From positions 557-64,556 of the forward strand of contig CAYXWM010000006.1 of the NCBI GenBank assembly GCA_964468805.1: a stretch of 64,000 nt of DNA. Reading direction: 5' to 3'. The translations under genes and the position numbers were made by a program. This DNA is from an uncultured Defluviitaleaceae bacterium (lineage in GTDB: Bacteria; Bacillota; Clostridia; Lachnospirales; WRBF01). The notes under the pieces were generated by a model that saw only the letters and a program-made list of their open reading frames with translations, did not search any database and was not told the DNA's origin. Of the stretch, positions 57,567-64,000 are shown one piece after another (position 1 is the first letter of the stretch; every line of letters begins with the position of its first letter).

Positions 57567-58526
57567 CTACTGTAAATATTCCAACTGTAATCTTAAATTA
57601 TTTTCGTGCTCTTCTCTGGTCGTACTTATCTGCTCCAAAACAAGATACTCCGGCGATATTTTTTCAATAATCTTATAGATATTTTTATTGGTAAAGGGTT
57701 GGTGTGAATCAATTTTAAAGATATGTTCCAGCACACTTCCGTAACGTAATTCATGACTTAATTGTCCGGAATTCCAACTCGTTTTAAGCCCTTGGGAATA
57801 TTCTCCGCTTAAAGTTTGGTGCATATGTATTCCTTTAATTAAGGATAAATCTTCATATTCATTAAGTACCCCTAAGATATAGTCCACACCTTCATCAAGA
57901 GTCCTCAAGCTTGTATTGGTATGAAGGAGATGTCCTATATCCAACATAATCCCTTTATTTTTGTAGTTTATCCCGTTTAACAGTCGGCGGATTAAAGCCG
58001 GGTTTACCATGGTCAGTCCGCAATACCATAGGTTTTCGAATAAAAGCAGGGGTTCGCCTTTAATACTTTCCGAAATTTCATTTACAAGTTCGATAACGGA
58101 GTCTACCACGTCTTCGTCAGAGTAGTGGAATTCTTTTTTTACAAATTCGGCTATGCCGCATTCGGAAACATGAAATACCAGGTATTCAGGCGAAAATTTG
58201 GCGGCACTTTGAAGATTATTTTTATAAAAATCTATGAGGGATTCCCTTGTTGTTCCGCCGTATATTTTAGTGACAGTATCCCAATTATCAAATTCTTGAA
58301 GCAATCTGTTTTGATCGCCTTTCCATAAATCAACCCAGGAGGTAAAATATCTCAAATGTACCCCGATTACGTCCTCCGGTTGAATTATACCCTTTTCATC
58401 TTCTCCGTATTGCAAAAGTTCCAAGCCGTCAAGTCTAAGCCCCTTATAAAAGTCTTTCAGATCGGCGTTATCCCTATATCTTTGCGTATCATAGGAACTT
58501 GTAGTCATATTCATTATCAATTTCAC
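57567..58526 (-). CDS. xylose-isomerase-like TIM-barrel (sugar phosphate isomerase/epimerase family) protein
   Basis: The pattern of conserved H/E/D-containing strands (FHVSE, LFENL, LDIGH, HMHQ) is compatible with the AP_endonuc_2 fold. Confidence 0.5.
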   Translation of the reverse strand: MKLIMNMTTSSYDTQRYRDNADLKDFYKGLRLDGLELLQYGEDEKGIIQPEDVIGVHLRYFTSWVDLWKGDQNRLLQEFDNWDTVTKIYGGTTRESLIDFYKNNLQSAAKFSPEYLVFHVSECGIAEFVKKEFHYSDEDVVDSVIELVNEISESIKGEPLLLFENLWYCGLTMVNPALIRRLLNGINYKNKGIMLDIGHLLHTNTSLRTLDEGVDYILGVLNEYEDLSLIKGIHMHQTLSGEYSQGLKTSWNSGQLSHELRYGSVLEHIFKIDSHQPFTNKNIYKIIEKISPEYLVLEQISTTREEHENNLRLQLEYLQ

Positions 58527-58545
58527 GAGCGACCCCTCCGGCGAC

Positions 58546-59196
58546 TTATGATAAAATTGGCATTATTGCATATCCGTTATCCAAAATTTTTTCACCGAAA
58601 GAAAACTCTACCGGTTTGGAGAAAATCGGTCCCGATGAAACAAAAGTGTGATACTCTCCATTTTCTCCGCATATGTCCGCACCCTCAGCGGCAATGGAAT
58701 TTACGCTTTCCTCTGTAAGCCTTTGACCCAAATAAACGTCACTCATTCTTGCCGTATCAATCACAGTGAAATTGGCTGTAAAGCCCTCGTCTATGAATTC
58801 ATAGACCAATTTTTTACGTTCTTCGCCCCAAAGTGGGAAAAGCGGTTCTAACCCTACATTTTTACAACGCTCACTGCACCATTTATGATGTTCCTCAATA
58901 TCTATATCACCAAAAACGCAAATTTCCGCACCCAATTCCTTTGCGGACAGCAGTGCTTTTTCAAAATTGCTTGCGTAGTTTTCGCCGCTTGTTTTTATCA
59001 GTCTAATGGGAACGCCCATAGAATCCGAAACACTTACAAGGACAGGCTCGGGTATGCCGTGAAACCAAGACCGTTCTTTGTGGGTGTTATAGGTAGTAAT
59101 TAAAGCAACCGGCGTCAGCCCTTGTTTTATTGCTCGGTAGATAGCCAAAACACTGTCTTTGCCTCCGCTGTATGAAGCCACAAATCCTTTGCCCAT
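58546..59196 (-). CDS. PP-loop ATP pyrophosphatase, Dph6/MJ0570-like
   Basis: N-terminal SYSGGKDS PP-loop motif. About 215 aa. Confidence 0.65.
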   Translation of the reverse strand: MGKGFVASYSGGKDSVLAIYRAIKQGLTPVALITTYNTHKERSWFHGIPEPVLVSVSDSMGVPIRLIKTSGENYASNFEKALLSAKELGAEICVFGDIDIEEHHKWCSERCKNVGLEPLFPLWGEERKKLVYEFIDEGFTANFTVIDTARMSDVYLGQRLTEESVNSIAAEGADICGENGEYHTFVSSGPIFSKPVEFSFGEKILDNGYAIMPILS

Positions 59197-59273
59197 AGGT
59201 GTTCCCTCCGATAATAAAATAATATGAGTTGTACGAATTAGTCTAACTCATGAAAGTAAAAGGATAAAATCAT

Positions 59274-59306
59274 GGGGAAAACTTTTTTTGAAATAAAGTT
59301 TTCCCC
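59274..59306 (-). terminator. terminator of the minus-strand cobalamin uptake operon
   Basis: ggggaaaactt / aagttttcccc stem with T-runs on both strands. Confidence 0.7.
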
Positions 59307-59331
59307 AAATCCATTTTTATTTAAATTTTGA

Positions 59332-60126
59332 TTACAGAGCCGCTCGAATAATATTCGTTCCGAACATGTTTTCCCATTTTTTTAATGTCTCCAACATATA
59401 CCCCGCTATATCCATCTTATATGCAGAGGTTAGAACGTCAGAAGCATATACATCTCTGATCGGGCCGTATGCTTTAACGTTTCCGTTTTCCATAAGCAAT
59501 ACATTGTCCGCAAGAAGCATAGCAAGGTTTACGTCATGCAGAACTCCCACAACTGTTTTGCCTGCTTGCTTTGACCATTTATTAAGGAAGCGTATAAGTT
59601 CAATTTGATAGCCCAAATCAAGGTGATTTGTTGGCTCGTCAAGGAGGATAATATCCGGGTTTTGAGCCAGAATCTTAGCCAGAAACACTCTTTGAAGTTG
59701 TCCGCCGGACAGGGTATCTACTTCTCGGTCTTTAAGCTCCGGCATTCCTACGGTTTTCAGAGCCTCTGTAACTGCCAGCCTGTCAACCTCGGAAATACCC
59801 CCAAAAAGCCCGCCGGTTTCATGTACATATCTTCCCATCATAACGGTGTCAAAAACAGTATAATTAAAATACAGCTGTGTGGTTTGCGAAAGCATAGCAA
59901 CTTTTTTTGCCAGAGCCTTACGCTTAAACTTTCGAATATCGGTATCGTTCAGAAGAATATCACCGGTAAATGAAAGGGTTCCTGCAATGGCTCTTAAAAG
60001 AGTAGTCTTACCGCAGCCGTTGGGGCCTATAATGCTCAAACTTTCGCCCTTTTTTATATTAAATGAAATTCCGTGCAATATCTCCACACCGTCATATCCT
60101 GCACGAACATTGTTCAGTGAAATCAT
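59332..60126 (-). CDS. ABC transporter ATP-binding protein (FepC/BtuD type)
   Basis: GPNGCGKTT, LSGGQLQRV, ILLDEPTNHLD. Confidence 0.88.
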   Translation of the reverse strand: MISLNNVRAGYDGVEILHGISFNIKKGESLSIIGPNGCGKTTLLRAIAGTLSFTGDILLNDTDIRKFKRKALAKKVAMLSQTTQLYFNYTVFDTVMMGRYVHETGGLFGGISEVDRLAVTEALKTVGMPELKDREVDTLSGGQLQRVFLAKILAQNPDIILLDEPTNHLDLGYQIELIRFLNKWSKQAGKTVVGVLHDVNLAMLLADNVLLMENGNVKAYGPIRDVYASDVLTSAYKMDIAGYMLETLKKWENMFGTNIIRAAL

Positions 60127-61160
60127 ACTGCTTTCCTCCTTCTACTGAAATATAAGTAGATGAAAAACGGGGCACCCAAAGCCGAGGTAATAGCACCAAC
60201 AGGCATTTCGAGAGGTGCAATTATTGTTCTTGCCATAAGGTCACACAAAACCATAAAAGCACCACCAAGTAAGGCTGATGCTGTCAGAACGTATTTATGG
60301 TTAGCACCAAATATCTTTCTCGCCATATGGGGCGTAAATAGGTCAACAAAACCGATAATACCTACCATGGAAACTATCGATCCGGTTATTATGGCTGAAA
60401 GAGACAGCAAAATTAATTTCATTCTCTTTGCTTCCACTCCGGAGGTTTGTGCTTGTTCGTCCCCCAGCGTTAAAATATCCATTTGCTTTGAACATTTTAA
60501 AACGAAGATAAAAATTATAGCCAGTATCGGAAACAGAATTACGGAATATTCCGGGTCTTTCAGTGCAAAGCTACCCATTTGCCAATATATAAGTCTCTGT
60601 AAATGTTCCTTTGAAAGGGACATTAAAATGGTAATCAGAGCACTTGCAAATAAGGAAAAGGCCATACCTGTCAAAATTATGGAGTTGTTTTGCAGATTAC
60701 GATCCACCTTTGCCGCAACGCCCAAGGCAAGGAATACGGTGGCAAGTCCTGCTGCAAGCCCAAAAACGGGCAGAGTCAAAAACCCCAAAACAGATATATT
60801 TAAAACTATGGCAAAGCTTGCACCCAGAGCCGCTCCGGAGGATACACCCAGCGTAAAGGAAGACGCCAGGGGGTTTCTAAGCACCGACTGCATCATAACG
60901 CCGCTAAAAGCAAGTCCGCTGCCGGAAATAAAAGCCAGTAGGGTTCTGGGTATTCTGATTTTCCAAAGTATGGATTCGGCGATTTCTTCTATAGGACCGA
61001 AGGGTTGAATTCCAAAAATTTTGCTCAGAATTACATTTGCAGTGTCAAGAGGGGCAATGGAAACGCTCCCAATTCCCATAGCCAAAACCAATGTGACTAA
61101 GCAAATTATAGCTAAAAAAATAAGTAGGCTGACTTTTCGCATATTTTTCATATCATTCAA
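60123..61160 (-). CDS. FecCD/BtuC family ABC transporter permease
   Basis: The multi-TM pattern, the PRTL..... GSGLA..G motif, and the GA.TS..GAPFF tail are typical of FecCD. Confidence 0.88.
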   Translation of the reverse strand: MNDMKNMRKVSLLIFLAIICLVTLVLAMGIGSVSIAPLDTANVILSKIFGIQPFGPIEEIAESILWKIRIPRTLLAFISGSGLAFSGVMMQSVLRNPLASSFTLGVSSGAALGASFAIVLNISVLGFLTLPVFGLAAGLATVFLALGVAAKVDRNLQNNSIILTGMAFSLFASALITILMSLSKEHLQRLIYWQMGSFALKDPEYSVILFPILAIIFIFVLKCSKQMDILTLGDEQAQTSGVEAKRMKLILLSLSAIITGSIVSMVGIIGFVDLFTPHMARKIFGANHKYVLTASALLGGAFMVLCDLMARTIIAPLEMPVGAITSALGAPFFIYLYFSRRRKAV

Positions 61161-62121
61161 ATAAACCGGGATATAAAGCCCTAGCCATTTCTTTCAGGGC
61201 AACCGTAACATACTCATTGGGGCGTGAGCTAGCGTTTCTGGCAACTTGATAGACTTGATTATTTTTTATTGCGTTAATAGCATCCCAGCCGTTTCGGTTT
61301 AAAATATCGCCCTTTGGATCATCTGTATAGTCTACATTCGTAAAAATTACATCGGGGTTTTTTTCTATTACTATTTCCTCTGAAAAGGAAATCCAGCTTT
61401 CTTGGTCGGAAAAGATATTTTTTGCTCCCAATAATTCTATAATTTCGTTTAGGAAAACCCCGTTTCCGAAACTCACCGTTCTGGGTGCTCCTTCAACCTC
61501 GAAGTATACGGTTTTACCGCACTTATTATCCCCGATTGAAGACACGATAAAGTCTATATCTTTTTCCATATCACTGATGATAGCCTCTGCCTTAGCGTCA
61601 GTTTTAGTGATTTTCCCTATAAAACGTATGTCCTCTTTAATACCTTCAATACTTTCCGAAGAAGGTATGTAAGTCATCAATACTCCCAAATCGGTAACAG
61701 GTTTAAAGGGGTCATTTCCATCCGCTCTGCTCATGGCGGTAGCAAAAATAATATCGGGTTTTAAGGCAGCTATACTCTCGGTGTCCGGTGCCATAATATC
61801 AAAAGTAGGCAAATTTTCGGGCAATCCATCTATATCGGTGGAGTATTTGTCAATTGCAACCAACTTGTCCGCAAGCCCAAGATGTACAAGAGTTTCCGTG
61901 ACGGATGGTGCCATGGAAATAATCTTTTCTGTTTTCTCCGGCACAACTATAGTTTTGCCAAATCTGTCGGTGACAGTTTCGGCTTTTGAATTATCGATTT
62001 CTGACAATGCTATGTTGGAATTATCTTTAGCCGGCTTATCGCCGCCGCAAGCTGTAAGCGGTAAAATCAGCAGAAACGCTAAAAGCAAAGTGCTGATTGT
62101 TTTACGACTGATGGACTTCAT
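61153..62121 (-). CDS. cobalamin/siderophore-type ABC substrate-binding lipoprotein (BtuF-like)
   Basis: Lipobox LTACGG. PEKTEKIISMAPSVTE and PDIIF motifs. Confidence 0.8.
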   Translation of the reverse strand: MKSISRKTISTLLLAFLLILPLTACGGDKPAKDNSNIALSEIDNSKAETVTDRFGKTIVVPEKTEKIISMAPSVTETLVHLGLADKLVAIDKYSTDIDGLPENLPTFDIMAPDTESIAALKPDIIFATAMSRADGNDPFKPVTDLGVLMTYIPSSESIEGIKEDIRFIGKITKTDAKAEAIISDMEKDIDFIVSSIGDNKCGKTVYFEVEGAPRTVSFGNGVFLNEIIELLGAKNIFSDQESWISFSEEIVIEKNPDVIFTNVDYTDDPKGDILNRNGWDAINAIKNNQVYQVARNASSRPNEYVTVALKEMARALYPGLFE

Positions 62122-62157
62122 TAAATGTTCCTCCTAAGTAGTTCCGGTAATTGTTAT

Positions 62158-62484
62158 TTATTTAAGCCTTGTACCTATTCCGCAAAAAACTCTTACCACT
62201 CGGTCACTTTCCTTGGCAAGAAACCCCAGCACATGCCCGACAGCTTCACGCCATTTTCGCATTAAAGGATCAATGGGAACTATGCCGCAGGATATATCAT
62301 CACAGATAATCACCTTATCACGATAGTCGTTAAGATGCTCCTTAACATATTTCATTACATCTATATTATTTTTCAGCATATCCAAAATCACAAGATGATA
62401 ATTGTCCAAAATTTCTTCACCGCTGAAATTTTCAAGGGCATATTCTTTTTTACCTTGGTAAGCCCCTCCGATTATAAGCTTCAT
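62158..62484 (-). CDS. short CobU-like protein (108 aa) with a degenerate P-loop
   Basis: The C-terminal VIICDDISCGIVPIDPLMRKWREAVGHV....VVRVFCGIGTRLK aligns to the CobU C-terminus. The N-terminus has GGAYQGKK instead of GxxxxGKS. Confidence 0.6.
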   Translation of the reverse strand: MKLIIGGAYQGKKEYALENFSGEEILDNYHLVILDMLKNNIDVMKYVKEHLNDYRDKVIICDDISCGIVPIDPLMRKWREAVGHVLGFLAKESDRVVRVFCGIGTRLK

Positions 62485-62530
62485 AAGAATCCTCCCGAAT
62501 AGTCATTATACTTAATAGATGCAGGTAAAG

Positions 62531-63097
62531 TTATTTAATAAGATCATAAATTTCGTCCAACAATTCTTTACCCTTATGCACAATTAAGCCTCCGAAACTT
62601 ACCTCAATCACCACATCGCAAGCACTTGCACATAGACGGTCAACATAGGCAAGCCCTTTGCGATATGCCTCTGTAAATTCATCAAATAAATCAGCGTCCG
62701 AAAAAATATAGTCTGAAACCAAAACCCCATTGGCGGCAACCTTCAGTACATCCCGGATACCGGCTGACACTTTTAAATAAGCGTCGGTATGTATGGCTCC
62801 ATCCGGAGTAAACATTTCGTTTGCCAAAAGAGCCGTTACGCTGTCCAGCAAAAATGTTCCTTGCATATTGCAAAGCCCGGTAATTTTTTCTATATCCTTA
62901 CCCAACTCTACCGTCTCAAAGCCCAATCCTTTGCGACTTAAACGGTGACGTTCAATACGTTCTCTGTCCTCGTCATCAACCGGAAGCATAGTGGCTATAT
63001 AATACAAAGGCTTTGCAGTCTTTACCAAAGCAACAGCAATCTTTTCCGCATATGTTGATTTTCCGTTTTTACATCCGCCCGAAACAAAAACCTTCAT
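62531..63097 (-). CDS. cobU: adenosylcobinamide kinase / cobinamide-phosphate guanylyltransferase (CobU/CobP family)
   Basis: SGGCKNGKST P-loop, YYIAT, RIERHR. 188 aa. Confidence 0.75.
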   Translation of the reverse strand: MKVFVSGGCKNGKSTYAEKIAVALVKTAKPLYYIATMLPVDDEDRERIERHRLSRKGLGFETVELGKDIEKITGLCNMQGTFLLDSVTALLANEMFTPDGAIHTDAYLKVSAGIRDVLKVAANGVLVSDYIFSDADLFDEFTEAYRKGLAYVDRLCASACDVVIEVSFGGLIVHKGKELLDEIYDLIK

Positions 63098-63223
63098 TTA
63101 TTTTCCCCGCTCTCGCCCTTACAAATGCCGAAATAAATATTTCTTATTGAACCGATTTCAGTCGCTTAGTATTTATATTAAAGGTATATCTCAATAATTC
63201 TTGAGAATATAAACATTATTTTA

Positions 63224-63500
63224 AAACTAAAAAAGCCCCTGTCACAAAGGACAAAGGCTATCATTTACCATATATACAGATAAAAGCCAAAAGACGGTAT
63301 CTGCAATGACAAACCATAAACTCCATATCCTGTGAAGTTTCATGGAACCATATTGGCAGGTCTTCCGACTTAGACATCTACACTTTTTCGTCTTCCCGAG
63401 AAAATTCCCAGTGACTGTGCTAACACTTGAAAAAGCTACGCCATCACGGCAGCAGGACTGTTTGGGACTCACACCCAATTCCCTATTAATGCACAGAAAC
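63224..63500 (-). promoter_or_regulatory. cobalamin riboswitch with terminator expression platform
   Basis: On the minus strand: GGGAATTGGGTGTGAGTCCCAAACAGTCCTGCTGCC, CACTGGGAA, and the B12 box AGTCGGAAGACCTGCC (63355-63370). A terminator hairpin lies at 63234-63259, followed by a T-run. Confidence 0.88.
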
Positions 63501-63541
63501 AGTGCATACCAAATAATCGAACAAGTATATTATTTAACTTA

Positions 63542-63570
63542 AGAATAACACTATATCCGGGTCTTGTCAA
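63542..63570 (-). promoter_or_regulatory. putative promoter of the riboswitch operon
   Basis: On the minus strand: TTGACA (63570-63565), 17-nt spacer, TATTCT (63547-63542). Confidence 0.45.
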
Positions 63571-63952
63571 CAGTTATCGGCTTTAGCAAACTTTCATGGG
63601 TAATTCGAAACATAGAGGTTCTGTTAAAAAATCATGAGGGAGAACCACCTTTTTTCTAAAGCAAAAGGGCTTATCCCTCACATACTGCATTTCTTTTAAA
63701 ATAATTTTGGGATTCTATCCGTTAATGTATATAGTATTAGATGCTTTATCCCATGATACTTTAACATCGAACCCTACTGAAACAAGCCTCATCACTATAT
63801 GCAGTAAAGTAGGTCTAAGTTTTAATATTTGAAACCAATTGATATTAAATAAAATGTACTGTATACTTGATGATGATAATAACTAATTATGTAATAAAAA
63901 TTAAGTTGATCAAATCAAGATGGATATTATGTCTATATAGGTGGGTTTTGGC

Positions 63953-64000
63953 ATGAACAAGAAAAAAAGGTATGCAATTTATGTTACTTCTGTACTGTTC
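63953..64000 (+). CDS. start of an unidentified protein (runs off the right edge)
   Basis: ATG at 63953 after AGGTGGG. MNKKKRYAIYVTSVLF looks like a signal/anchor sequence. Only 16 codons are visible. Confidence 0.3.
   Translation, partial: MNKKKRYAIYVTSVLF

Noticed and set aside
60160-61008. 282-aa plus-strand ORF opposite the FecCD permease gene
   Set aside because: It is antisense to a well-supported membrane protein gene. It has no SD and a low-complexity A/P/K/I composition typical of the reverse frame of TM-rich genes.

Overview
Low-GC Firmicutes (Clostridia-like) chromosomal segment with about 60 protein genes. I saw no rRNA, tRNA, CRISPR array, transposase or prophage genes. All product calls rest on by-eye motif recognition in the supplied translations, because no searches could be run.

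Gene content, left to right:
(i) Three paralogous small proteins of unknown function, plus a translationally coupled downstream gene (1-1650).
(ii) A carbohydrate/polyol locus that appears RpiR-controlled (2.6-15.7 kb). It holds an SDR, glpK, a ribose-type ABC importer, a VOC protein, a shikimate-DH-like protein, a cupin-type PGI, an eda interrupted by an in-frame TAG, rpiR and two Zn-ADHs.
(iii) A second polyol-type locus (17.5-26.1 kb). It holds a small HTH protein, a degenerate DhaK paralog, an ABC importer, an SDR, DhaK/DhaL and RpiB.
(iv) A flavoprotein/HxlR pair, an ars operon, a blaI/blaR1-like pair and a 513-aa orphan protein.
(v) The core rimP-nusA-ylxR-L7Ae-infB-rbfA-nrnA-truB-ribF block, then uppP, pheS (no pheT), cobB, TPP riboswitch-thiT and a P-type ATPase.
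(vi) A GlnK/GlnL-like two-component system, a DAACS symporter, galM, and a cobalamin-riboswitch-controlled cobU-like/btuFCD-like operon.

The structure least explained by the genes is a dispersed 90-145 bp inverted-repeat element. It has six copies, all in the same orientation, and two of them sit inside an ABC transporter operon. A second family of GAGGGA...TCCCTC hairpins and a perfect 14-bp palindrome are also present; the palindrome occurs three times at promoters around rpiR.

No defence-type or otherwise obviously novel multi-gene system is evident. The best candidates for new biology are the repeat element, the small-protein paralog triplet, the HTH + pseudo-DhaK pair and the 513-aa orphan.
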